DNA of 64,000 nucleotides, from NCBI RefSeq assembly GCF_009834535.1, contig NC_045696.1, forward strand, positions 26,538,001 to 26,602,000. The letters are read 5' to 3'. This stretch comes from Camelus ferus. Its lineage: Eukaryota. The notes beneath the pieces are model-generated. The model was not told the origin of the DNA and searched no databases. It saw nothing but the letters and a program-made list of their open reading frames with translations. Positions 25,999 through 39,866 of the stretch are shown here, one piece after another. Position 1 is the first letter of the stretch. The number at the start of each line of letters is the position of its first letter. A program made the translations under genes and the position numbers.

Positions 25999-26667
25999 CT
26001 AATTATTACTTGTAAAGGCACTAAAAGTTGTCAGAATTTTATCTAATTTATGAATTCCTGAATATTTTGTCAATAGATATGAACAACTTAGAATGTAACT
26101 TTGATTTATACATCTTTGGTAAAATAAAGGATTAAAATGATATAACAACAGCAAGCACACGGTCACTTTACATTCACACGTTATAATTTTCAAGGCACTT
26201 GTCTGTTCATTCTTTTAGGTGAGTAGGCAGTTAGGTGGTCAGGACCTCAGACGTGACGTGGAGAGGAGACGCCTTTCCACGCTCCATTCCACCATCAGTC
26301 TGTTTGTACTTCTCATTTCTCCTTCCCCTTCCCCTCACTACTTAAATATCTTGACTCTGGGTTCTAAATCACACATAGTTTTATTCATGTGTAGTGTACC
26401 TGGAAAAGGATTATACTACATAAATCCAGCTATTAAAGGTGTGGGGGATAGATACAGGACCATTAATGTTGATTACTTCAGTGCAGGTGGGATTGGAGGA
26501 GGAAAAAGATGAGGAAAAAGAGATTATTTTCCTCTTTATACAATTTTGCATCATCTGTGCTGATACGAGACTCGTATATTATTTGTAATTAAACACCAGA
26601 AAGTACTAAAAAGCTCATGTATTTCGTGTTCTCTAAAGGAAATATAAAATCACAAACGAAAATTTAC

Positions 26668-26781
26668 TTTATGTACTAGTTACTAATTATGAACTGATAT
26701 GTACTTTATGTACTGATTACTAATACTGAAAAAAGTCAAACCATTCTGAACTTGCATGGAGGTATTTAAACAAAACACTAC
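26668..26781 (-). pseudogene. End-of-REJ exon remnant
   Basis: ttttttccctttgtAG acceptor; SMQVQNGLT..SNQYIK vs PKD1 AVVVQDQLG..LNRSLA. Confidence 0.55.
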
Positions 26782-27038
26782 CTACAAAGGGAAAAAATTG
26801 AATGCATTTTTCTTTATTAGTTTAATCATCATTGACAGATTGAAAGCATCTAATTTATAGGTCCTGAGTTAAATCTGATCTTTTCTTGGAGAGTAGTGAG
26901 GAATGCTGAGGGTGGAAAGGGAACAAAGTGTTTTGAAAGATATAAAATTTAGAGAAACTTAATTTAAAAACTTCTTGTGTGTCAAATAGCTATTAAACAT
27001 AATTTTCATGATTTTAATATAAGTGAATCTGAACTCAC

Positions 27039-27640
27039 ATATGGACTAAGTTTCTTTTTAAGCTGCTCATGGATTTAAAATGTAGGGGAAAAAGATCACT
27101 CGGCAAATATGTTTTTGGTTTTGAAAAACTTCCAAATGTTTAAAAAGTAGTTTTCAAATCAACCATATCCATATGCATCCAGATTTTCTCATCCTCACTA
27201 TTGAAGGATGAAAAGAACTGGAATTGGGGCAAAATGGTTGGAGATGTGATACATATGCTATAAAACTAAAAAGCAGTTGATACTTCAAGGAATTGGTTAA
27301 AAAATAAATTTGGCCCTTATGGTAACTTTACCAAAAGAATCTAACACTTTTATTCTTAGCGATTTAGGATCATGGATGATATTAATCTGTCGTAAAATGA
27401 TCCTGTGACCATTTCCAGAAATGGAAAAATGCAGAAATAGAAAATGTGTATGATGTTGCTGTTGTATTTTGTTCCAGGTCCTGTTACTATCTGTGGAAAG
27501 CAGTGTTCTAAGGGAAAGAACATTTAGATGAATTGTGACATGAACTATCATTTTCAATGCCTTATGCAGAGAGAAAGCGATAATAACTGAACATTTTTGG
27601 CATATGGCTTCCAGATACAGTGATGTTTCCCTCATAACAT
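27039..27640 (-). pseudogene. REJ core exon remnant
   Basis: tttttAG acceptor, GTGAGT donor; DVMRETSLYLEAICQKCS / SGNGHRIILRQ..HD / VLDSFG..A / GSFSKPKTYLP vs PKD1 EVSRSSYVYLEGRCLNCS / GSAGMRLVLRR..RD / VLGRSG..A / GSLSSYGAVLP. Confidence 0.8.
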
Positions 27641-27934
27641 CTAAAAACTAAATATATGGAAATGTACACTTTTTAAAAGAACATAGAGACATTAAGTTTT
27701 GTCAAACAGCTATTTTGAAATATGATTTTAAACACACAAGATTATATTCTTAATTAAAATTTTTAAACTAAGAAGACTGCACTTAGGCTAACAGTTACCA
27801 ATTATTTTTTTCTAAATAACAGGTAAAATAAATTTTATTTTAGATGAATTTGAATATATAGATGCAAAACAAATCAAACAGTGTTATAAACAAAATACTA
27901 GTGTAAATAATCCCCCAATATTAAATAATACTCA

Positions 27935-28269
27935 GTGAACTTCCACACATGCAGTTGGTGGTCCATTATTAGGTTAAGATATAAATACACAGCTTTCTTA
28001 TCTTTTTAGCCTTTGTTGGGTTCTTTCATTTTCACTATCTAGACTAAGTAACTAGATACGTATGAATGACTACATTGGGTGAGTTTCCCAGTTCTTTTCA
28101 GCTAATGTCTTTTTTGTCATTTTAGTTATATAGAATTTTTAGAGTCCAGTGAATATAGATCCTACAGCAATACTCTTTTGTATATTGGGAAATATTAGAT
28201 TATTGTTTTTACTCATCCAAAAACAAATATACTGTCAGGGAATTTTGATGAAGAAGGCAATAGGTTAGC
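27935..28269 (-). pseudogene. Additional REJ-type module exon remnant
   Basis: YICFW...IFTGL*KFYI...L...VFIS*PNNGPPTACVE has REJ module features (Y.W, TG..L, P.V..C); donor degraded. Confidence 0.45.
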
Positions 28270-29344
28270 CTACTAATGAGAATTCCATAAGAAAATACAC
28301 TACCATATAGTATCAGTTATGTGGTCCTTTTATATTTTGGTTATTGTTATATCTCTTTTGCCTTTTGCTCTGGGAAGAGTGTGAATAAAATATTCTTCTT
28401 TACATTTATTTATTATATTTTCTCCTACATGATCACTACAAATAAATATCCTCAAATATATTAAGAAAATAAAAACAAAGAAACATACAAAAACAAAATA
28501 CAGGAGGCTGGAAGGGCTAGAAATTAAGTGTAGTGCAGATTAAACTATTTGCTGTACACGTAGCCCAAAGTTGTCTTTTAGATAAGTTCACTTTGGATAG
28601 ACACATAGTCAAGGGATGCATTTCCTTTATCCTTATTTAAAGCAATTCATGGATCTATATCTTTGGAAGAGAGGCATGGAGTTATGGCAGACTTGACTAC
28701 CTTAGATTTCTGCTGGGTTGTCAAGAGGTGAGTTGAACCAAATGAAAATATAACTCTCCTAACAGATATCTTGGCTTCTGTCACATTTATTTATTTTTTA
28801 AACTTGTATTTGTTCTGTAAATAGATACTGAGCAACTGTTGTGTACTAGATAGTGTTCTAAGAAATTGGGTATACGAATTAACAAAACAGATACAGTCTG
28901 CTTCATGGAGATGTGAGAGTATCACTCAAACCTAATTTTTCTTTTCCATCCTCTCGACTCTGGTTTAGGATCTCATTACCTTTTTCCTTTTTCTGGGCTT
29001 TTGGGGTCTCCTAAATAGTAAATCTACCTTCAGTGTTGCTTCTCCAGTTGAACCCAAACACTAACATCACCTTCACTGTTCTAAAGCATGACTCCACTTA
29101 GAAAATTTCAATAGTTTACATTCACATCTAAAAATTTTTATAAATATTTATTCTACATTTTAAGGCCCCTGCATTCTCAATATAATCACTAATAAGCTTA
29201 CTTTTCTCAACTCATGTTCTATTACATCCCACTCTCTTCCATACCTACACCCATTTCCACCTGCACTGCACAAGCCTGTAAACTTCATGAACATAAGACT
29301 TAAATGTGTCAGTTTCTTCCCCAGGTACAGTCTTAGTATATAGG

Positions 29345-29830
29345 TAGTTGTTCTCTTATCTATTGATTTTGCAACATATTACAACAAATCTCAGTGGCTT
29401 AAAACATAAACAATGCACTATTTTACTAATAAATCTGTGTTATGAGCATATTAAGAATTAGTGGGGTTGGCCATCTCTGATCAAGCTCTTTCGGTTTGAC
29501 TGGGCTGGAGAATACCTGTCGAGGATGGTTTACTCATACGGTGTATGAGTCAGTGCTGGCCATCAGTTTGGAGCTCAGCTGGAGTTGTTGTGCCTTGATT
29601 CCGCTCCACATGGGTTGCTTCACATTGTTGTTTGGGCTTCCTTACAGCATGGGAATAGGTTCCAAGAGCAGTTATTCCAGGAGGCAGGAAGTAGAAGCTG
29701 CTAGTCTCTTAAGGCCTAGGCCTGGAAACCAGCACAGTATAAATTCTGCTAAAGGATACTATACAAAATATAGTCAGAGAGCAGAGCTCTCCCACATTCA
29801 AGGGAAGGAGTATCGTGCCCGTCTTTATTC
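29345..29830. mobile_element. MLT1-type MaLR LTR
   Basis: cagtggcttaaaaca...gatggtttactca...ctccacatggg...gggcttccttacagcatgg. Confidence 0.7.
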
Positions 29831-31559
29831 TGTAAAAGAGGTGCTTGAGCATTATTGAGTGAATGATTACTTAGTGTGTCCAAATACTTGCATTTCCCAC
29901 ATCTTTGTGCCTTGGCTCCTCTATTTTCCCTTCAAAGGATGACTTTGTATCTCTCTTAACTATTCAAGAAACGCCTTTCTACCACTCTGCATGTCAATGT
30001 CTTATGTATCGCCACTATGAAATTGGTCATATTCCATTCTCCTTATTTTCTTATTTTTTTTTCATGCTTAATTACTTTATCACAATCTGCTTTGCTAAAT
30101 TACTTTATCATAATCTGCTTTGCTAGATTATTGAGTACATGCTTGCCTCTCCTGTTAGACTTTGGACTTCCTCAGTTTTCATTCCGTAAGCATGTTTAAA
30201 TCAATGGGAAGTTGGGGCCTCTCCATCCAGAATATAGATTGAGTCTTACACAACACATTCAGACTTCTACCATCCATTTAAAAGAGGTGACCTGGCCAGG
30301 CAAATTCTGAAGACTCTTCTATCCTTTCTGACTAAAAAGTGAACTGCCAGTAACTTTATGAAATGTGAGATGAGAATAAGCTTTTAAAAAAAATTCTTAA
30401 ATAGTTTCAAATAATTTAAACTAAAATCTTCATATTTTCTAACTCTCATGAGATAGAGCTATGTAGCAACACTCTGAATATCTCATGCTTTTCTTCTCTC
30501 CATTGCTATAATGTTTAGAAAACTATCACAGAAATGAACTATCCCAAGCCATGTACTCAGATGCTTTCTTAGAAAAGCTGATCAAATTTCATTTTTCTCA
30601 GGTGAAGAAAGATCCATTACATGGTAAATGGCCAAGGTGACTCATGGTGCCTGCAAGGCAGCAATTTTCAAGAGCACAGTGGCACAATCAACCATTTACA
30701 GATAGTCATTCCCTCACTTTTATTATACAAGTTACTAGAATAGAAGAATCTAAATCTTGTGACTGAAAAGGATCTGAGTACCAGGTGTAGGGTTAGATCT
30801 TGGTGAGCTCAGGGATAGGGACCAGAGAGAAACACAGAAACAATTATTCTCTTCCTATCTTAAATTTGAATTTAAGTTGTTTTAATTATAGAGTTGAGGT
30901 GGGATTCTTACTGAAAATGAAATATCTGAGTTGTGGGTGAAATGCATCAAGAAGAAAACAATCAAAAATTAGCAGCTGCCCCTTTCAATCACATCTATCA
31001 TCTACCTACCTATCTATCCACCTATCCATCAGTCATCTATCTATGTGTATATTTACCTTAAAAACAGAAAAGGAAAAGAAAGTAAGAGTACTGTTATTCA
31101 TTTCTTAAAATCTGCTGACTTAGTAGAGATACTGCAACAAATGGTCTATGAAATGAGAGCCCTTGCACAAGCCAGTGAGCTTTGCAGACACTGATGTTGA
31201 TATTCTGTTCTGCAATTCTGCACTATGTGAGGATTCTTTGTTTCATAATAACAAGAAAAATCTAATTGTGTCATTTTCATTTCTAATCGTTTAGTCTCCA
31301 GTTTAGAGAAAGGATATGCTGCCTCAAGTGCATTAATCCAGGATTTGAAAAATTGTCCCTGACTTTCCTTTGGGTGTTTTGGATGCAGTACAAACAATGT
31401 TTAAAAACACATGGACTCAAGCATAGCAAATGAAACCATGAGGTAATTGGTTAATTGCAGGTGAAATTGGCCACTCACCTCTTTTACTGAAAGAGCGAAT
31501 GACTAATTGCATTTGTGAATGCTCTAGGAGAACAAACTGTAACTTAATTATGGAGTAAC

Positions 31560-32410
31560 ATGGATTTGGTGGGTGTGCAGAGCCTCACATGGGAAAGAAG
31601 CCATGATATACATACACGTATCCCTGAGGTCTATCCACTGAGAGGAACTGGAAACAGTGGAACTGATGGAAATAGAAATGATGGAAATGTGGAAATGATA
31701 CCAGGCAGGGAATGAAAAGTATAAAATGAACATGAAATGTGCTATTATATCAGAAAGCAATGACATACTCAAGAGAGTGATGGAAACATCAAAATAACAC
31801 AATAGCCAACTCTAAGAGCTCCCACTAGACAAAAAAATGTACACAGTGAGTATCAAAATAAACAATGATAGTAATGGATTATGCTAAATGAATATATTAG
31901 GAAACCATAATCCATACTAACAGATTAATAAATGAACAAACTGAAACTTTGATGAGGAATCTGATCATGATATTTACATAGTTTCACAGTACTTACTCTA
32001 CTCCTGTCTCAAATCCTTACCAGTAAGAAAGGGAAGATGTGTAATTTTACAATGGAGAAGCTGGCAGATGTCACCTTAAACAAGTGGTCACAGTTTATCC
32101 TCAACAACAACGGGACAAATCAAAATCATGCAATGCTTGATGGAATGCAATGAAAAGAAAATAGCACTGCTTCCATGTCATTCTTGCTAAAGATGCGTAA
32201 CCTGATATTAATCATGAAGAAACATTTGACAAATCCAGAAGAGAGACATTCTACAAAATAACTGATCTGTATACTTCAAACGTATCAAGGTCAAGAAATC
32301 AATGACAAATGGATGCGTTGTTCCAAACTGAAGAAACTAGGTGTGACAAGTAAATTCCTGATTCTGAACTGAATCTTCTCACTATAAAGACACTTTTGGA
32401 ACCATGGATT
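31560..32410 (+). mobile_element. L1MC-type 3' region
   Basis: ctgatattaatcatgaagaaacatttgacaaatcc...gacattctacaaaataactg. Confidence 0.7.
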
Positions 32411-33534
32411 AAGAAAAATAATGTTCGTGCCATCATTCTTCCAATTTCTCTGATAGTTTCAGACTATATAAATTTCTCTTTTCTCCCAATACTTGTCATT
32501 TCTTTCACTATTTCTTGGCATCTAAAAGGGGTCAGTGAATTTTTTTAAGGCATTGTCTTGTTACCTAAGCACATTAAATATTTTAAGATATAGTTGAAAC
32601 AACTAAATTGTTTCCACTCTGCCCTATTTTATTACAGAAAATGGAACTATAATTTCAGTTTAGAGATGTAGAGTTCTTTTGGGAAAAATCCTCACAATTT
32701 AGTTTTCCAGTTTTGGAAATGACTATTCTTTATTCTAAAATTTAAAAATTTCTCATTTCAATTTTGTTCAAGTAATTAAGTCTGTTATTTCATCAAGACT
32801 TTGTTGTATGTGTTGAAAAGCCCAAGATTCATTCAAGAAATAGTGAGTGACTCCTTATTTTGTCCCGGGTTCCTGGGGTATAGCAGTAAACAAGACTGAT
32901 ATGAATCTCTGACCTTGTGAAGCTTACATTCTGGTGGGGCAAATAACAAACAGGTAAGCAAATTATATGTTTCAGCTATATGCCCAGTGAAGAAGTTAAA
33001 TTAGGGAGGAAAAGAAGGAACCGTGGGGGTCTGTGCACTGTGACTGAAGTGGTCAGGGAAGACATCGCTGAAAGGGAAACACTGAAGCTGGGAAACCTAC
33101 CTTGTAGATAACGTTCTGTTCTAGTTGACGTGGTGGGGTTGAACATGTTTCTGGTTTAGGTGAATTTTGAAATGTTGACAAGAGACTTTTGATTGAATTT
33201 CTTTGTGTATATAACAAGCAAACAAATGTCTGCTTATGAGGATGAATGTCATTTTGGGAAAAAAAAAACACTTGGACAGAGTATTTGAGTACATTACATG
33301 TAAAGAACCTGCATAGGATATAAGTATGTGTAAAAGTCAAAGGAAAAGCTGAAGGGGTTGGTATCATAAAGAAGATGTGTGAGATGAACAAAAGGAAGAA
33401 ATGAAGAAAGAAAGAAACAAAATGACAGAGAGGGAAAAAGAGAGAGAAAGAGGGCAGGGGGTTGGAGAGAAAAGATAGAGGGGGCGGGGAAGGGAAGGAC
33501 AACAGATAATAAATTAAAAGGAAGGAAAAAAACC

Positions 33535-33870
33535 TAGGGCAGGGCGAGGAAGGCTTTCTCTCTAAAGAGCCAGATGGTAAGTATTTCAGACCAAAAGGGA
33601 GCTCCGTCACTGTTACTTAACTCTGCCTTCACAGTGTGAGAACAACCACAGGAAATGCGTAAAAGGAAGAGTGTGGCTATGTTCCAATACAGCCTTATTT
33701 ATAAACATTTAATATCTAAATTTTGTATGTTTCAAGACATGTCACAAAACATTTTTCTTCTTCTTTTTTTTTTTTCAACTTTTTCAAAATGAAAAGAAAC
33801 ATTCTTATTATGGACTCCACAAAACAGAGGGCAGGACTTAGCCTTCAGGCCATGGTTTGCTGATCCCTGA
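33535..33870 (+). mobile_element. MER58B-like hAT element
   Basis: gagccagatggtaagtattt...tgtggctatgttccaata...gccatggtttgctgatccctg. Confidence 0.7.
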
Positions 33871-35051
33871 CCTAGACAGAGATCCCTGACTTATGACAGA
33901 CACAAGTTGTGTGAGGCAGTCTGGTGCCTTGGGAGCTGGAAAGGAATGGAATTAAATTCCTGGGTTCTAATCCAGGCTTGTCAATTTGTTACTTCTTTGA
34001 CTCTAACAAGATTCCACCTCTCAATGCTTTCCTGTTTTAACCAATGAAACGAAAGTGTTGAAATATATGAACATCAAATTCTTTTCTTGCAATAAATTTT
34101 GTTTTATTGCCTTTCAGAACAAAGAATAGATACCCATAAAGGAAAGAGCATTTGATTTCAATTAAAGTTCACTTTTTTTTCAGTTCTGTTCTTTGCAAAA
34201 GTCTCTTAAGACAAAAATGTTTTTCATCCCTTGGGTGTAGAAGTTAGGCCTTAAAGTCCCTTAGGAAACTGACAGTCACCATGATTTCAATGATACCTGG
34301 CTGGAAAATCCTTGAAGTGACCACTCTCCAGTGCCATGAGCAAGGCCATAATATGGCTTGGCAAGATGTTAGGAGTTTGTTTCTAAATAAAAGCCATTCG
34401 TAAGTGGGGTAAAAATTCTCACACGTAACAGTTTATCTCATTCATTCCAGTTTAGATTTCTTTGAGAGGCCAGGTGCACTGAGGTTGAGTTTCATAGTGG
34501 TGAACACATGCTTCTTGTTGAAATGGATCTCTCAGGGCATGGAGGGTACAGATTCTGATTTCCTATTTCACTATTTTTCATAATGATTTCAAATTTATAT
34601 ATTTACCAAGGAATTATTTCAAAATCTTGCTCACCTCTCTTTTGTAGGTAATTTCTGTAAGGTCTAATATAATTTAAGATGCTATTCTATAAAATATATG
34701 GTATTTTTGGATAGCAAACCAAAAGATAGTAAACTGAATTAGATTGTGTTTCTAAAGAGGGCCACAGTAGTAGCTCCCTTTCTACTCCCACATCAAGCTT
34801 GAGTCTATTTTTTCTGTCCCTTGAGTCTAGATGAGTAGTGAACTGGCTTTGACCAAGAGAATGTGGTGGAAATGCTACTGTAACCGCTGAGGCCAAGCCT
34901 CATGTGCAGCCACCAGTTCCTCTCTTGGAGTCCTTATCTGCCAGGCAAAGACTTTTCTACTGGAAAGATGACATGGAGAGAGAAAGAGATATATATCCAG
35001 GCAGCCCCCAGCTGAGATACCATACAGGTGAATAAATCCACCTGGACATTC

Positions 35052-35593
35052 TGTTACTAAGTCCAGATTTGTTCTGCTCGCCACACGACAGGCCAGTTAA
35101 TTGGGAGATAAGGTGTTGGGTCAAGGAATAATAACTTCACTCAGAAAGCCAGCAGACCCAGAGGATGGCAGACTAAGGTCTTGGAGAACCATCTTCCCCA
35201 TGTCAAAATTAAGACTCCTTTTATACTAAAAAGGGGAGGGGGTGTGTTTAGTTGTTGCAAACTTCTTGGTGTCAGAATCCTTAGTTCTTGCGGGATTCTG
35301 TGTAGTTTAGGTCATAATGTTCCTGCAAACCTCCCAACAGGACAAATGTTATTCTTCGTTCTGCAACTTTTTATCTCCATATGAATGGAAAAGTTTTATA
35401 CCCTTAAAGGTCAGAGACTTGAGGATGGGCTATCTTGTACATTTCAGGCTGTATCCTGTATATTTCAGGCTATAGGCAACATTCTTTTACAAAAGGTGCA
35501 GAATCAGCATGACTAAGCCCAGGAAATAGAGCCCAGGGTTAGAACTAAAGGAACAGATCTAAAATGGAGTCAGATTTGTTCTTCCCTATTACA
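35052..35593. mobile_element. ERV1-type solo LTR nested in an MLT1 LTR (~34745-35830)
   Basis: TGTTAC...TTACA termini, 4-bp TSD attc on both sides. Confidence 0.85.
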
Positions 35594-37414
35594 ATTCCAG
35601 TTCCCGCTCGCCCCCATGGAACTGAATTTATAGCTGATAACCCAGCTGGATGCAGTCAAATGAGTAATCCTAGGAAATGCCATAAGAAATAGAAAAATAA
35701 AACCTGCCTGGTCAAGTACAGCCACTTCCTGAATTCCCGACCCACAGAATCTTGAGCAAATAAAAACAGTACTGATTTTAAGCCATTAAATGTTAGGGTA
35801 GTTTGTTGAGCAACAGAAGATAACAAAAACACACTTTACTCTAATTAAATTTTATAATGATCAATTATATTGCCATCCTACACTTTAGGTGACTATATAC
35901 AGTTCATCATCAACTAGTTGCTCTATGGTGAAACATGCTGAAATCTGTAATATTCACGTTATATGTCTTCCTTATTTTAAAGACTCATTGTCCTTTAGGC
36001 AATATTTTTTCCTAGCTACATTAATTAAAAAGGAAATATATCTAATAATGAGGCATATATAAAACTTAAAATTATCTGTAATAAATTCAACCTGAATTAA
36101 TTCTGATTTATCATTATTAGAATTAACCATTTGATGATAATGCCAATAAAAATGCAATTCCATTGTTCTGTGGAATGGAGTGATCATTCTCCAAATAAAT
36201 ATATTTTAAAAATAACTGGTAAATCTGGGGAAGATGGAGATTTATTCAATTCATATGTTATCAAAATTAAAATAATTTTTCTTCATGTGGCGGTAAAATT
36301 GCACTATATAAAACTACTTATTAAAATGGCATGATACATCTGATTTTCATTTTAATCATAGCTCATTTGAGGTTGGTTTAATGTTTTCTTGATGCTCCCT
36401 CTTCATGACAAAAAAAAAATGAGCCTACTTAAATGGTGACACAAATTGATGTTAATGAATTAGTACATTCATACAAGGACTCCTAATTTTACTGCTAAAA
36501 GCACACCGTTATATGCAGCATTCTGTAGTTTAAAAGGCACTTGGATAAGTGCCTGTATTCAAATCCATTTCTGTGCCCTTTGTATTCTTATCTTCCCTGG
36601 GCCAGCAGACAATCCAGCTTTTCACTAACCTTTGGCACTCCACCATCAGCAATAAACTGTGTGCTCCTTCAGAGTCCCCGGGCTTCCTTAATTAGCATCA
36701 CCTGTGGTATGTTCCATTTGGAGCTGCCCCATCAGCGCTGCACACCTGCCTTGGTGCCTGCAGGTAGAATGAGGCTCAGTGTTTCACGGCTCTGGGGAGT
36801 CCATCTGCGTGCCCTAAAGCAATAACTAAATACCTATCATCTTCAGCAAGCTTACTATAGCCTCTAATCCTGGTAATTGTGCCTCAATGAGGTAGAAGTG
36901 AAATGATAAACAAGAACCTGAACAGATCCACACATCCACACTATCGTGCTCCAACAAATTAAGTAAAACATTTGTCCTCCGTTTTCAAAATGAAAGGTAT
37001 GTGTTTCTACCCCACCAATTAAGTAAAATACTTTCTACCCTTTTCAGGAAGAAATACGTTTGTTTCTACAATTAGAGTTGCTCTAAACCTTCCTTCATAA
37101 GTCCTGGAAGTTGCAAACATTTTAATCTTATTTTTTTGGTCATAATACTTCCTAAAGTACAAATTTTGTAGTACAGTTTCAAAAACATTCAAGGTCATGT
37201 TTTCCCTTAAAATATTTTAATAGTATAAAGCGTTTCACATGTATGTTGGAAGGGTAAAACTGACACACTTAAAACATTTAAAATAAAAAAAATTTTATAG
37301 CAACGGATCATAAAAAATGTAATGAATGTCTTTTACTGAACAATGGATGAAACATAGGTTGTTAAACCAAAGGAATTTTAAAAGGCTTAATTTGTGTTCT
37401 CCTCACGAACTTAC

Positions 37415-37580
37415 AGTTTTCTCTTTTCATACCTTTTTTTTCTTTGCCAAGAAGAATTGGCTGTGACACTTAATGGGTATATTTTGTTGAAGCTAAGTTC
37501 TTTTAATGTCAAGCTATTATATCTTCTACATACAGAAGAGAAATGGTGCCAAGATTTCTAACAAGTAGGTACACATTCTT
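37415..37580 (-). pseudogene. REJ exon remnant
   Basis: cctttctgtttcaAG acceptor, GTAAGT donor; LTLKELSFNKIYPLSVTA...RK vs PKD1 VTIPRERLAAGVEYTFSLTV..GRK. Confidence 0.55.
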
Positions 37581-38239
37581 CTTGAAACAGAAAGGCACTA
37601 AAAAAGCTTTGTGTTGGTAGATTGATGAGTTGAAAGATATGCAATTCAATTCTGAATCTATTAGACTAAAGACTGCTTTTGAGAAAAGAGCCTATAGACT
37701 AATAGTTATGCTAAAAGCAAAAGTCTCTGATCTTAACCCAATTTGTAATAAACAACGCATATTTTTATCTATAAAATTTTGACTACAGAAGTAGGGTAGA
37801 AAAGTTGCCTTGATTGTACAAGGTTTTACTAAACAGACTTATAATATCATAGTCTATTTCCGTTTCTATATTTTAAGTAAAAGTTAAAAACAAAATACAA
37901 TTTTAGTTTTCAATGACTTCCAGTTGCAATGGCTCATACGTGCAAGAAAGAGCCACCGTAATTTAATACTTATTAAGATTTGGTTTCCCATTGCATGTTC
38001 AGAATGAAAGATTCTCATATATGAATCCACACTCTGCATCTTACATATGTGAAACTGAGGCCCTGAAACTGACTTGCCCAGGGTTATACTGTCATTAGTG
38101 TTAAACTCTGGTCCCTTGATTTTCAGTTTAATGCTATTTTCACTACAATATGTCCCCTTCCTTCACTGACTTTGAGTCTCTGAATGTCAAATGAAAAGGG
38201 GAAGGTGAATTTTAATAATCATCAATTTAAATTAAAGCT

Positions 38240-38404
38240 CAAAACTGCATGTATTTTTACAGTTGATAATGGGAAGAATCTCTCTTAGAAAGTGGGCAGG
38301 AAATGATCCAGAGTTGTAGATTATAAAACATAATCCCCACAGCTATATCATAGAGGAGTTAGTTCCTTCAAGGTAGGTCATTTTAGTCACCAAGGGTCAT
38401 CAGC
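38240..38404 (-). pseudogene. REJ exon remnant (IEGG/DGS-SYDP region)
   Basis: ttctaaatAG acceptor; MTYLEGTNSSMI*LWG..IYNSGSFP weakly matches LVPIIEGGSYRVW..LDGSESYDP; 3' end approximate. Confidence 0.35.
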
Positions 38405-38868
38405 CTATTTAGAAGTTTTGCAGATAAAGAAATAGATTACATAGACAAGGTTCTAACTCTATTAAATAGCAGAAGGAAAAGAAAATGTAACACATAATTG
38501 GAGAGTTTTTGCACTGTTTGTAGCATTGCATTGTATCAGAAGATGGACAATGATGATTAAAATACAAGATCAATGATCGGTTGTGCTTATGAATGCAACA
38601 TTCAAGTAGCATTTTTTCAAGATATGCTTTGTATAGTGTAAATTTCTCAGGATATTAATAGGTTTTAAACAAAAACAAATGTTTTCAAATATACCTGAGA
38701 AAAATTGCATCCAATATCCATTTCTTGATATTTACGATGCATGTGAGCATATGAAAGGCTCTGTGAAAGCGGACAGTAAAGATACCTATTTAGCTTTGTT
38801 TTATCAAGTGTTTCCCAAACTTTTTGATCATAGAACACTTTTTTAAAGCAAATAATAGCAGTTTATAG

Positions 38869-39408
38869 TATTACCCCAAAAGGTAAAGACCTCAGTTCTT
38901 GCCATACCTGAAAGATAAGTTTACAGCAGGAAGACGGTGCATTCTGTAGCAAAGGAGTTTACAAGATTTATTACAAAAGTACACCTCTGAGAACAGGAAG
39001 TGAGCTGATCCAAGGGAGGAAGAGCAGTGGTGTCTGCCTCCCCTTTCTCTTACACCCTCGCTTAGAGGTGGTCTCTTGATTGATTGATGCTCTTGTCCCT
39101 GGAGTGCTAAGTCATGCTTGACCCTTTTGTGCATGTCCTTATCCATGGTGTACACAGAAAAGCCCATGGCGGGGGGTGCTAAACTGCAATGTTAATTATA
39201 ATACAATGAGTATTGGGTCATATCTGGTTAAATCCTTTCTGCTACCATGCAGTCGTGGCTGTTGGGTTCTAATCAGTTTCTTGCTGGCACTCATTTAGAA
39301 GAAGTGAAGTCCCTTCATGCTGGAGGCAGGTGTAACACCATTGTCCGGAACAACCTCCTTCTGCTCCACCTGTCTGCCCGGTGCCCCCACTTATCTAACT
39401 ACCTAACA
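38869..39408. mobile_element. ERV solo LTR nested in a small hAT MITE (~38803-39435)
   Basis: T(A)TTAC...TAACA termini, 4-bp TSD atag; host TIRs agtgtttccca / tgggaaacact. Confidence 0.8.
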
Positions 39409-39774
39409 ATAGCACACAATGGGAAACACTAGTTTAGTGTGTAGTTTTATGTTCTGAGAAGCTGAAGCAAAGAGTTCTAGTGCACATTCTCAAGCAGAAG
39501 TGTTGTTTCAAATCTCTTTCCTGAGAATAAAAGATAAACCAAATATAATTTTATGATTAACATCTCTCCTTCAGTGTCACTTTTTTCCGAGCAAAAAAAA
39601 AAGTTAAAAACCCACAAAAGTTTTTTAAAAAATTAAATTATTTCAATAGGTAAAATATGAAATCCATGTCTTGGTTTCATTATCTTATAAAGGTCACTGC
39701 ATCTGTCATGAGGGTCAATCACTTTAAGTAAAATTATGGATTATCTCCCATTCCTAACACCCCGCCCCCCCGCC

Positions 39775-39810
39775 ACACACACACACACACACACAGACAC
39801 ACACACACAC
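39775..39810. repeat. (CA)n microsatellite
   Basis: Direct observation. Confidence 0.95.
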
Positions 39811-39866
39811 AGTCTATTTTATGGCTAGATAAATGAAATGTGGCAGGACTGTATGGAGCTGGGTAC

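Noticed and set aside
27564..27640. Short alternative frame RCYEGNITVSGSHMPKMFSYYRFLSA* as a live terminal exon
   Set aside because: The overlapping frame carries several ordered REJ motifs, and the exon extends to a GTGAGT donor at 27038.
33053..33610. 185-aa minus-strand ORF
   Set aside because: It is a low-complexity F/S/L/P product of a purine-rich tract plus MER58 and L2 sequence.
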